This document shows, in pieces, positions 7,504-15,586 of a stretch of 64,000 nucleotides of DNA (positions within the stretch are counted from its first letter, which is position 1; the number at the start of each line of letters is the position of its first letter). Under the pieces are notes generated by a model. It was not told the origin of the DNA. It did not search any database and saw only the letters and a list, made by a program, of their open reading frames with translations. The DNA comes from an uncultured Christensenellaceae bacterium (GTDB lineage Bacteria; Bacillota; Clostridia; Christensenellales; Borkfalkiaceae). A program made the translations under genes and the position numbers. Location: assembly GCA_910587825.1 (NCBI GenBank), contig CAJUNJ010000006.1, positions 34,732 through 98,731 on the forward strand, read 5' to 3'.

Positions 7504-9618
7504 ATGAAATACAAATTTTTCACGAGGGGTCTTTTAGCGGTTCTGGGCTTGATGTGCGCAGTTTGCTTTGCGTTGGGGCTACATTTTACCGAGACGGCTT
7601 TTGCTGCCGATGGCGACCGGATAGACATAGAAAGTTATACCCTTACGCTTGACGTAAACGAATTTACATATTCGGGTTTGGAAATTAAACCGACAGCGAC
7701 CGTAAATAACGGCACGGCAAACCTTGTTGAGGGAACTGATTATACTATTTCGTACGAAAACAACGTAGAAGCGGGCACGGCAACCGTCAAAGCAGAGGGT
7801 AAGGGTGATTATACCGGCACTTTATCCGCACAGTTCACGATAAATCCCGCTACCGATAACGCCTGGCAGAGAAGTGATATTGACTCGGACGTGATTTTCT
7901 ACGGTTCGTACAATCCCGAAGTTCCTGCTTTTACCGTTTGGGCGAAGTACGGTTCCGAAAATGCAATTTTCAAATTTTACGACGGCGACAATAAAGAAAT
8001 TTCCGCCGCCGATCTTGCCACGGCAGATGCCGGCGAATATAAGGTAACGGCTCAGATAGCCGCAACCGGCAGTTATAATGCAATAGAAGAAATATTGACG
8101 GACACTTTCAGGATTTATCCCGCAAGAAATAACTGGACGCAGGCGCCCAAGGTTGTTGAATGGGAGTACGGTAAGTTCGACGCAACCGTCAACCTGTTTA
8201 TGGGTGTTGCCGAACACGGCGACGTCAGGTTCACGATATCTAACCAGAATGAAACTTTTATCAGAGATTTTACCGTTAACGAAGGTGTCGTTACAAACCA
8301 AAATTACGTAAAAATTCTTTCGGATGAACTTACCGCCGGAAAATACACGCTTAGCGCAACTGTCAACGGAGGAAATAACTATCAGGATATACCTGCTACT
8401 CAGGTAGAATTCGAAGTAAGGCAGACTTCGAACGACTGGATGACCTTTCCCGACGTCGTCGAATGGCAGTACGGAAATTATAACAAGGACACCAACCTGT
8501 TTTTAGCTTCCGTAAATTACGGCACGGTGTGGTTCAAAGTCAAAACTGCGGAAGACGGTGAAGACTTAACAAGTGAATTTACCGCGGTAAACGGAATTAT
8601 ACAGGAAGAAGACGGCGAAATTTCAAACGTGCTTTCCAAGTTTGAAAAGGGCAAATATTATGTCAGCGTGCGCGTGGACGTGGGCGACGCCAACCGCGAA
8701 GAGATACACGCAACGGGTTTTGAGTTCGACGTTATTCAAGCCGCGAACGGCTGGCAGGCGTCACCCAACGTAATTGCGTGGGAGTACGGCGGATATAACC
8801 CCAACGTCAATTTGATAATAGGTACGCCTTTGCACGGTACGGCAAAGTTCGTTATAACCGACGGGGAAAATAATCTGACAAGAGAATTTTCACTTTTTGA
8901 AGGCATTATAGACGAGGCGGACAACGGCGACGTTTTGGCAATTATTAAGAATCTGCACGCGGGCGATTACTATCTTGTCGCCACTGTCGCTTCGGACGAA
9001 AACGGCAATTATTCGGCTATAGAAGGTCAGACGCCCTTGCAGTTTACGGTAAATCAGGCGGTCAACGATTGGAAAGTTACGCCCAGCATAGAAAGCTGGG
9101 TAAAGGGCAAATATAACGCGGAAGTCAATTTCGTCACTGCGGAAGCCGAGCACGGCGTTGTCGATTACGTCATTTATAAGACTACGGACGAAGAAAGCAT
9201 TATTTATCAGGTTAGTAACGGAGAAGTAATTGTCGACAATCTTGCACAGGCGGGAGTGGGTTATTATACGTTGAAAGCGACCGTTGCGGCTACGGACGAT
9301 TTCTCGGGCGTGGAAAGGACGTTTACGTTCAACGTCTTTGCGCAGGGACTGCCCTGGTGGGCGATTGTAATTATCGTCGTCGGTGCTTTGGGCATAACCG
9401 CGCTTGTGTTCTTCATTCTTCACCAGAAAGGCGTATTACAGATGCTTACCGAAAAGGTGATAGTTGCTATGCGCACCAAGATGACCGTTGACGCGACGAT
9501 TGCGGCTGTAAGGGCAAACAAGGTTGCGGAGGCGGCGAAACGTTCTGTTGCGGCGGCCGAAGAGGAAGAAAGGCGCAAAGCCGAACAAGACAAAAACGAC
9601 GGAAATTTAAACCAATAA
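7504..9618 (+). CDS. cell-surface protein with signal peptide, MBG/Ig-like domain, five tandem ~100-aa repeats, C-terminal TM anchor and charged tail
   Basis: The RBS is AGAGGT. The signal-like N-terminus is LLAVLGLMCAVCFALG. An MBG-type module (YSGLEIKPT...GTDYTISYENNVEAGTATVKAEGKGDYTG) follows. The repeats share N(N/D/G)W...P.V..WEYG.(Y/F)N..VNL. The C-terminal TM is WWAIVIIVVGALGITALVFFIL. Confidence 0.8.
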   Translation: MKYKFFTRGLLAVLGLMCAVCFALGLHFTETAFAADGDRIDIESYTLTLDVNEFTYSGLEIKPTATVNNGTANLVEGTDYTISYENNVEAGTATVKAEGKGDYTGTLSAQFTINPATDNAWQRSDIDSDVIFYGSYNPEVPAFTVWAKYGSENAIFKFYDGDNKEISAADLATADAGEYKVTAQIAATGSYNAIEEILTDTFRIYPARNNWTQAPKVVEWEYGKFDATVNLFMGVAEHGDVRFTISNQNETFIRDFTVNEGVVTNQNYVKILSDELTAGKYTLSATVNGGNNYQDIPATQVEFEVRQTSNDWMTFPDVVEWQYGNYNKDTNLFLASVNYGTVWFKVKTAEDGEDLTSEFTAVNGIIQEEDGEISNVLSKFEKGKYYVSVRVDVGDANREEIHATGFEFDVIQAANGWQASPNVIAWEYGGYNPNVNLIIGTPLHGTAKFVITDGENNLTREFSLFEGIIDEADNGDVLAIIKNLHAGDYYLVATVASDENGNYSAIEGQTPLQFTVNQAVNDWKVTPSIESWVKGKYNAEVNFVTAEAEHGVVDYVIYKTTDEESIIYQVSNGEVIVDNLAQAGVGYYTLKATVAATDDFSGVERTFTFNVFAQGLPWWAIVIIVVGALGITALVFFILHQKGVLQMLTEKVIVAMRTKMTVDATIAAVRANKVAEAAKRSVAAAEEEERRKAEQDKNDGNLNQ

Positions 9619-9632
9619 GGAGAAAATAATAT

Positions 9633-9860
9633 ATGTCACAGAGAACAAAAATAGCAAAAGAGATAAACACTCTTGAAAAAGAAATTCTCAGTCTTGAAGC
9701 AAAACGTTCGCGGTCTATGGCGGTTCTTTTGGAAGCGCTTATAAGCAAGACTACGCCGAACGACGAGGACGTCCAGTTTTTCAGAACGTTTTCGGCTACG
9801 ATAGAAATTAAGCGCGAACAGCTTCAAATGCTGACAAGACAGCTTGAAGGTATGCTTTAA
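9633..9860 (+). CDS. small coiled-coil protein, unknown function
   Basis: The 75-aa ORF has the RBS AGGAGA 8 nt upstream and a heptad-like sequence. A strong terminator follows it. Confidence 0.5.
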   Translation: MSQRTKIAKEINTLEKEILSLEAKRSRSMAVLLEALISKTTPNDEDVQFFRTFSATIEIKREQLQMLTRQLEGML

Positions 9861-9869
9861 TTTCAAATA

Positions 9870-9906
9870 AAAAAATCTCAACGGTAAAACCGTTGAGATT
9901 TTTTTA
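9870..9906 (+). terminator. rho-independent terminator
   Basis: ATCTCAACGG-taaaa-CCGTTGAGAT followed by a T-run. Confidence 0.8.
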
Positions 9907-9967
9907 TTAAAACACCTTAAAATTGCTTGTAATTTTTATTCTGATTATATATAATAATTAAGAAATT

Positions 9968-10042
9968 GGGGTGTCGCCAAGCGGTAAGGCAACGGACTCT
10001 GACTCCGTCATTCGTTGGTTCAAATCCAGCTACCCCAGCCAA
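9968..10042 (+). tRNA. tRNA-Gln (anticodon CUG), CCA encoded
   Basis: Hand-folded cloverleaf. The acceptor stem is TGGGGTG/TACCCCA, the D arm GCC-AAGCGGTAA-GGC, and the anticodon arm ACGGA-CTCTGAC-TCCGT (CTG in the centre). The T arm is GTTGG-TTCAAAT-CCAGC, with discriminator G and CCA. Total length is 75 nt. Confidence 0.9.
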
Positions 10043-10102
10043 AAAGCCTTTTTTTCGTGTGTTTTTAACCGAAATTCACGAAGAAAAGGTCTTTTTTTAT
10101 GC
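9998..10102 (+). repeat. attL: left copy of the ~105-bp direct repeat (3' 45 nt of tRNA-Gln plus ~60 nt downstream)
   Basis: CTCTGACTCCGTCATTCGTTGGTTCAAATCCAGCTACCCCAGCCAAAAAGCC...GGTCTTTTTTTATGC recurs at 25052-25158 with 3 differences. Confidence 0.85.
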
Positions 10103-10129
10103 TGTTTTGGGTGTAAATTTGGGTGTAGG

Positions 10130-10939
10130 CTATTCCGTAATGAACTTAACCTTGTTCATCTGCCTAATCATAAAGTCATCTTTGTAATGTACGTAAGTTT
10201 TACCGACAAGCCGTTCGGGGCATACTGATGCAAAGGTGTGCCGCAGATTGTAAAAGGTTACGCTTGCATCATCGAATATCTTTTTAAACAAGTCTAAACT
10301 CTTCGGATAAGACATTGAAAAGGTTATCGGCTCGTCAAAGTTTAAATATTCCCGTGCTTGCTTCGGTATGGGAATTTTTTTATACTCAATTTTACCGCCT
10401 TTGCGCTTACGGTTACGACAAATCAAAAAACCATTTTCAAATCTTGCTTCTTTGTCCAGTTCGCACGGACGCAAACCGAAGAAGTAAAGCACGTAAGCTC
10501 CCTGACGTATTCTATCGTATTTCGGGTCTTTAATCTTGTTGAAGAATGTGTGTATTTTTTCGGGAGATAAATCGCCCCTGCTTTCGCGTTCGGCTCTTTT
10601 AAAAGGAAGTAGAGTAACGGGGTTATGATTAATGATACCGCTTGCAATAGCGTATTTAAAAGTTTGATTTAACACGCTGCGCAACTCTTCGTACATTCTG
10701 GGAGCGTCGGCAAAGTTATGTAGAATCCTGTCAATATCAGATGTCCGAATAGCTGAAATTTCAATATTGCCTAAGTCATTTAAAATAAACCGCTCGCCAA
10801 GACTTTTATAATCTCTGCAAGTTCCTTCCGAAATTTGTCCTTTTTTGTATTCAAGCCATTCGGTGAATACAGCAGTAAAATCAAATTTAAAAACCGAAGG
10901 AAGTTTAGGCGTATCAATTATGGCAAGCGGAATCGCCAT
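10130..10939 (-). CDS. int: tyrosine site-specific integrase (short, 269 aa)
   Basis: It has a core-binding-type N-terminus and catalytic-domain landmarks GLRPCEL (Arg I), NLRHTFAS (Arg II/His) and KTYVHY (candidate Tyr). It lies 88 nt from the tRNA end, reading toward it. Confidence 0.75.
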   Translation of the reverse strand: MAIPLAIIDTPKLPSVFKFDFTAVFTEWLEYKKGQISEGTCRDYKSLGERFILNDLGNIEISAIRTSDIDRILHNFADAPRMYEELRSVLNQTFKYAIASGIINHNPVTLLPFKRAERESRGDLSPEKIHTFFNKIKDPKYDRIRQGAYVLYFFGLRPCELDKEARFENGFLICRNRKRKGGKIEYKKIPIPKQAREYLNFDEPITFSMSYPKSLDLFKKIFDDASVTFYNLRHTFASVCPERLVGKTYVHYKDDFMIRQMNKVKFITE

Positions 10940-11032
10940 AGTTTTAGACTGTTTGGAAATAGACCCGCTGAAAATCGGTCAGCAGTCGCCCGCGCAGACT
11001 TCGCGATTGCTTATAAAATTCTTAAACGAAAC

Positions 11033-11384
11033 AATGGCAAAATTTCGGTTTTTGCAATACGTACGGCGGCGTTGGATATTCGAGTGCGCAGAAGGGGGAC
11101 AAATGCTGAGATTGCAGTTCGCCGATGACAGCGGAGAAGAAACTTATCTTGTAACCAATAAAAGCATTATGGGCGACATCAAGCGGGTGCGCTCAATGCT
11201 TTCTGAAAGGATATTGTTTTTCCACAGCGACGTGAACGTTAATACTATTCAACTAATCGAAGATATTGAAAATTACGTGTTTGACGACAAGACGGGCGAC
11301 ATAAAAAAACAGCAGCGCGACGATACAATCGACAGTTTAGAGTACGCGACGAAATTATATTACGACGCGCCCGTTGCCGCTTAA
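11033..11384 (+). pseudogene. C-terminal remnant of a phage terminase large subunit
   Basis: ...IEDIENYVFDDKTGDIKKQQRDDTIDSLEYATKLY resembles the end of the terminase nuclease domain (Y.wD...kp.k..DD..DalrYa). There is no ATPase half, and the upstream part of ORF 10845-11384 overlaps int. Confidence 0.5.
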
Positions 11385-11415
11385 ACAGTTGTAAAATTTA
11401 AAGGAGTATGATATA

Positions 11416-11760
11416 ATGAAATTCGACGAAAGCGAACACCCGCGCGGACAACCTGATAACAAGGGACAGTTTGTTAAAAAGGGCGGCAGAAAATCAGAAG
11501 AAGCCGAAAAAATTTACGGTTCGGATACTCAACCGAATTTTAGCTTGTCCAAGCGGGAATATGCGGTTCTGCGTAAAGAAGTAATGCGTAAGAACGTCGC
11601 GCAAAAGGGGAAAGTAAAACAAATTAATGGTGCATTTACAAGTAACAATTTTTACGTCTATTCTACGCACGGTGGAGATAGCTTCGTCCCGTTAAAACAA
11701 TTCGATATAGAAAAAGACAGAGATAAAATAAATTATTGGCTTAAAAGATTAGGAGATTAA
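11416..11760 (+). CDS. phage-type hypothetical protein with N-terminal HPRG..G.F motif
   Basis: The RBS is AAGGAG. MKFDESEHPRGQPDNKGQFVKKGG is a motif I associate with phage head-morphogenesis/polyvalent proteins (from memory). Confidence 0.45.
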   Translation: MKFDESEHPRGQPDNKGQFVKKGGRKSEEAEKIYGSDTQPNFSLSKREYAVLRKEVMRKNVAQKGKVKQINGAFTSNNFYVYSTHGGDSFVPLKQFDIEKDRDKINYWLKRLGD

Positions 11761-11967
11761 ATGTTTACGCCTACTGAAAATCAAGAAAAATTAGCGGACT
11801 ATTTAAAACAAAAAGATTTTGAAAAAGAAATGAAATTAGGTATTCTATTATGCTGTGAAACGGACGAACAGGCAAAAAAAATGCTTGAATTTTGTTTGGC
11901 TAATCCAGAACTTGAAGATTATGAATATTTGGAAAAAGCGGTAGATATTTCTAACGGGAAAGAATAA
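11761..11967 (+). CDS. hypothetical small acidic protein
   Basis: The 68-aa ORF starts at the base after the previous stop (TAAATG) and has a terminator downstream. Confidence 0.4.
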   Translation: MFTPTENQEKLADYLKQKDFEKEMKLGILLCCETDEQAKKMLEFCLANPELEDYEYLEKAVDISNGKE

Positions 11968-11976
11968 TAAAATTTT

Positions 11977-12003
11977 AAGCACGACGTAAGCCGTGCTTTT
12001 TTA
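11977..12003. terminator. hairpin between convergent genes
   Basis: AAGCACG-acgtaagc-CGTGCTT followed by TTTTT. Confidence 0.6.
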
Positions 12004-12036
12004 ATGCAAAAAAGGAGGAATAATGTCACAATCATA

Positions 12037-12384
12037 TCAGGCATTGGCTGGCGGCACGGCGCGTAAAGCGATAATCTCTTTTTCAACGTCCTTTTTCTTT
12101 TTGGGAATAGGCTTGTCCGTTGCCTTTTCAACCGCTTGTGTAAGTTCTGTAAGTTCGGCTTGCTTGCGTTCTGTCTGTTCGTCGATTTCCGAACCTCGCT
12201 GTTTGGCGGTTTCAACAATCTTTTTTGCCTTGTATTCTGCCGTATCAAGATGTACCGCCTGACTGTTTGGCTTGCCTCTGTCAAGTTCGTATTTTTCCCC
12301 GACTTTCTTCCATATTTCCGTCTGCAACTGCGAAAGCTTTTTGTTGAGAATCGGTATTAGCTCGGCGCAACTTCGGCGTTGCAA
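12037..12384 (-). pseudogene. coiled-coil C-terminal fragment of a frameshift-decayed gene (possibly mobilisation/recombination-type tail)
   Basis: The TTG-initiated ORF reads ...HLDTAEYKAKKIVETAKQRGSEIDEQTERKQAELTELTQ. The 160 nt upstream reads on in a second frame (TEPVTLDKIRSDFPFITGYLRAENSVLEGVNLNELYAYIKDKQSELQGQN...), which itself abuts ORF 12547-12753 in a third frame. Confidence 0.3.
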
Positions 12385-12546
12385 TGTTCCTTGAATTTTA
12401 AAACTACCGAATACATATTTTGTCCTTGAAGCTCTGACTGTTTGTCTTTAATGTAAGCGTAAAGTTCGTTGAGATTTACGCCTTCCAAAACAGAGTTCTC
12501 CGCCCGTAAATAACCTGTTATAAACGGAAAATCGCTACGGATTTTA

Positions 12547-12753
12547 TCAAGAGTAACAGGTTCGGTTATCGGCTTTCAAATCGTCCGAGAGTAGTAATAA
12601 CATACTCGTTATTTTGTCGGTAGCAAGCTCGTCAAATTCCTTGTCACGGAACATAAATTCAAGTAATTTTTTAAGAGATTGTCCTGCTTCGGTGTGGGTT
12701 AAGTTGCTGATGTTGTCCATATAAGACTTGTAAAAGTTGAATTGTTTAATCAA
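12547..12753 (-). CDS. hypothetical protein (possibly the N-terminal piece of the decayed gene downstream)
   Basis: The 68-aa ORF has the RBS GGAGGAAA 7 nt upstream. Confidence 0.35.
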   Translation of the reverse strand: MIKQFNFYKSYMDNISNLTHTEAGQSLKKLLEFMFRDKEFDELATDKITSMLLLLSDDLKADNRTCYS

Positions 12754-13084
12754 ATAATTTCCTCCGATAATTTTTATTTTTCCGCTTGTTTACCGACTTG
12801 CGGCATAAGTCTTTTTAATTGTTTGTTAGCTTGTATCCATATTAACCTCCGAAATAATTTATATCTTCATCCACGCAAAATAGCGCGGTACGATAGCTGA
12901 AATAAGGGTACAAAAAAGCCGCTGATACGCACAACGTAATCACCGACTTAACCGTATTTAGCAATGCTCAAATGCTCTATGGTGGTTAGCCATTCTATGA
13001 AATTTTTTGTACGCTGAAATTAACCCTCAACTCGTCGCAACACACTCTTTTGTCAGCCATTTAAGCAATGGCTTGACTTTACGG

Positions 13085-13136
13085 TTGGTTGCTCCTCTTC
13101 CCAAAAAGTTCTTCGATACTTTTTGGGAGCCCTAAT
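13085..13136. repeat. hairpin-containing ~52-nt repeat, copy A
   Basis: TTGGTTGCTCCTCTTCCCAAAAAGTTCTTCGATACTTTTTGGGAGCCCTAAT has an internal stem CCCAAAAAGT/ACTTTTTGGG. Confidence 0.7.
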
Positions 13137-13224
13137 CTCATGGGAATCTCGGATAACTCCGGTTGCGCGTCGCAATCAAACATAATGTGCACGCAATAAA
13201 TTTCATTCATTGCTTAGCTAAATG

Positions 13225-13277
13225 TTTGTTGCTCCTTTTTCCAAAAAGTTCTTCGATACTTTTTGGAAGTCCTTAAT
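13225..13277. repeat. hairpin-containing ~52-nt repeat, copy B
   Basis: TTTGTTGCTCCTTTTTCCAAAAAGTTCTTCGATACTTTTTGGAAGTCCTTAAT lies 140 nt after copy A. Both copies are preceded by GTCGCAA(C/T)A(C/A)AC about 50 nt upstream. Confidence 0.7.
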
Positions 13278-13422
13278 AAGGGTATCATACGAACTCTATC
13301 GTATAAGTTTATTATATCATAAATTTTATAGATGTCAAGAGAAAACAAACATTTGTTTATATTATTTTTTTGTATCTTATTGTCTATTTTATAATTAAAG
13401 TGTCGAATTTCAAATAAGTAAA

Positions 13423-13446
13423 CCGCCGACGGAGTCCCGTCGGCGG
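13423..13446 (-). terminator. terminator hairpin downstream of fic
   Basis: CCGCCGACGG-agtc-CCGTCGGCGG, followed by a T-rich stretch on the minus strand. Confidence 0.6.
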
Positions 13447-13468
13447 CTGGCTGGCTATTTTAACCTTT

Positions 13469-14323
13469 TTAATCTTCTGTTTCGTAATAGTAGGAATAGT
13501 CTATACCTTTCATAAACATTTCACGGTTGTCAATTTCGTCTGTAAGCGCACTGCTGATAAGTGCAAGAATATCGGTATAATCCATAGGACTTTTCTGCAT
13601 TGCTGTAAGATACGCCCGCTTGTCTATCTTGCTCCAATCTACGCATTTGCGCAAATTCTTTTTCAAAATCAGGTCAAGCCAGATTCTCGTGCTTCTGCCG
13701 TTGCCTTCCATAAATGGATGAGCGACATTCATTTCTACATACTTCTTCACAATGTTTTCAATTGTATCTTCCGGCATCTTGTCAATGATTGCAAGATTTT
13801 CTTTCAGGTACATTGACGGGGCAAACGCAAATCCGCCTTTTGCAATGTTCAAGCCGCGAATTTTACCCGCAAAATCGTAAAGCCCGCCGAAAATAAATCC
13901 GTGAATTTGCTGTAAACCTTTCGTAGTACCTACTTCGATTTCGTCTATCAAGCCGTTTTCAAAGAGTTCGTAAGCCTTTTGTTTGCTCTTTTCGTCTAAT
14001 GTGCTTCCGATTCCTTTTACCCATCTGGAAAAGTTCTCTTTGTTTTTTGCAGGTATGAGCGCAGTAATAAGGGTAACGCCGTTTTCGTCCACGACGTCTG
14101 TAAGGTAGGACTTTCCGTCGTTTGCCTTTAATTTCAGTTGTTTGCAAATTGCAATCAACTGAGTATTTCGGCGTTTCATCGTAGCCCAATAAACACGTGG
14201 ATTATTACTTTTTGTCAACGCCTGCGAAATGTCCATAGCGCAAAACCACCATTTGGAAGTATCGTCATCCCAAACGGCTCTCACGGGAATATCTTCAAAA
14301 AATCTGATAGACGTCTTTATCAT
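13469..14323 (-). CDS. Fic-domain protein (AMPylase-type motif) with Bro-N-like N-terminal domain
   Basis: It carries the canonical Fic motif [12 protein letters not shown] (HxFx[D/E]GNGRxxR). The N-terminus [31 protein letters not shown] resembles Bro-N/antirepressor domains. Confidence 0.85.
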   Translation of the reverse strand: MIKTSIRFFEDIPVRAVWDDDTSKWWFCAMDISQALTKSNNPRVYWATMKRRNTQLIAICKQLKLKANDGKSYLTDVVDENGVTLITALIPAKNKENFSRWVKGIGSTLDEKSKQKAYELFENGLIDEIEVGTTKGLQQIHGFIFGGLYDFAGKIRGLNIAKGGFAFAPSMYLKENLAIIDKMPEDTIENIVKKYVEMNVAHPFMEGNGRSTRIWLDLILKKNLRKCVDWSKIDKRAYLTAMQKSPMDYTDILALISSALTDEIDNREMFMKGIDYSYYYETED

Positions 14324-14423
14324 GCTAATTCAATCCGTGTGCTTTTTCTCTATTCTACCACAAAAAATAGATTCTTGCAATCTGTTCAAACGCATTTCCA
14401 CAGAAGATGTTTTTCTGGTTTTA

Positions 14424-14453
14424 TTGACAATAGACAATAAAGTATGCTATAAT
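14424..14453 (+). promoter_or_regulatory. strong extended -10 promoter at the head of the XRE/R-M operon
   Basis: TTGACA (14424-14429), an 18-nt spacer and TGcTATAAT (14445-14453). A tandem GACAATA GACAATA overlaps the -35 box. Confidence 0.65.
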
Positions 14454-14477
14454 ATGTTATAATTTGATAGGTGTATT

Positions 14478-14681
14478 ATGGAATTCTCAAAATTCTGCCT
14501 TGAAACAAGGCTAAAGCTCAATTTAAGTCAGGAAATGTTGGCACGGAAGCTCGACGTTTCTTTTGCAACAATCAACCGCTGGGAGAACGGCAAAGCCCTT
14601 CCCCAGAAACTGACACTATACCGTTTTGAAAAGTTCTGCGAAGAAAACGGTATAGAATTTGTCACAAACTTGACTCTTTGA
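14478..14681 (+). CDS. XRE-family helix-turn-helix regulator (controller-protein-like position)
   Basis: LSQEMLARKLDVSFATINRWENGKALP is a classic HTH_3 signature. It is the first gene of the operon and is divergent from fic. Confidence 0.85.
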   Translation: MEFSKFCLETRLKLNLSQEMLARKLDVSFATINRWENGKALPQKLTLYRFEKFCEENGIEFVTNLTL

Positions 14682-14706
14682 AAATTTTACGTGCGAGGAA
14701 ATTATT

Positions 14707-15540
14707 ATGGCTACGAGTAAGAAACTTGAAATTATATACTACAACGGACAACCTGACGGTGTGCGTTCTGTCCGTCGTCATCTGTCTACAATTACTACTT
14801 ATGTAATACCGCGTCCTTTGCTATCGGAAGCAAAGAAGATTTCGGGTATTACAAGACCCGGCATCTATTATCTAATTAATGAGAACGATGAAAATAAAAT
14901 TGCACAAATCTATATTGGGCAGACGCGCAACGGTGTAACACGCCTTGATGACCATAACCGTTCCAAAGATTTCTGGAATAAGGCGATTGTGTTCCTTGCC
15001 GACAACAAGACCTTTTCTCTTGATATGATAAGCGGGCTTGAAGAATACGCCATTATTAAAGCTCACGAAGCAAAGCGTTATAAGGTCGAAAATTCAGTTA
15101 AACCTAAATATGAGATTGACGAATACGACCTTCCCTCTATCGAAGAAGTATATGACGAAATTCAATTCGTCATGGCAACGCTCGGATATAAGATGAATAA
15201 TGCAAAAAAGAACGAAGATCAACGAGAAGTACTCCACACTACTCGTAACGGAATTACAGCTTATGGGGTATATACCGGAGATAAATTTGAAGTACTTGAA
15301 GATTCCGAAGTCGATATGAAAACCAAATGCCTTGAATGGCAAAAAATTCAACTTCAAAGACAAAACGCTTTAAAAAATGGTGAAATTGTTGAAAAAAATG
15401 GAAAATACATATTAAAGGTTTCAGTGTCATTTTCTTCACCTAGTGCTGCCGCAGCTTTCATTTTGGGGCACAATGCCAATGGTTGGATATCGTGGAAAAA
15501 CAAAGATGGAAAAACATTAGACGAAATTTACAGAAAATAA
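14707..15540 (+). CDS. GIY-YIG nuclease domain protein with C-terminal DUF4357-like domain
   Basis: The GIY-YIG landmarks are GIYYL...QIYIGQT...R(LDDH)...LEEYAI...VEN. The C-terminal SPSAAAAFILGHNANGWISWK matches my memory of DUF4357. Confidence 0.7.
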   Translation: MATSKKLEIIYYNGQPDGVRSVRRHLSTITTYVIPRPLLSEAKKISGITRPGIYYLINENDENKIAQIYIGQTRNGVTRLDDHNRSKDFWNKAIVFLADNKTFSLDMISGLEEYAIIKAHEAKRYKVENSVKPKYEIDEYDLPSIEEVYDEIQFVMATLGYKMNNAKKNEDQREVLHTTRNGITAYGVYTGDKFEVLEDSEVDMKTKCLEWQKIQLQRQNALKNGEIVEKNGKYILKVSVSFSSPSAAAAFILGHNANGWISWKNKDGKTLDEIYRK

Positions 15541-15586
15541 ATTAAACAGAATTATTCCGCTTATACAGAAAAACGAAAAACATAAT

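Noticed and set aside
9966-10228. ORFs 9966-10187 and 9971-10228 from the track.
   Set aside because: They are read straight through tRNA-Gln and the att repeat, have no RBS, and overlap the integrase 3' end. They are spurious.
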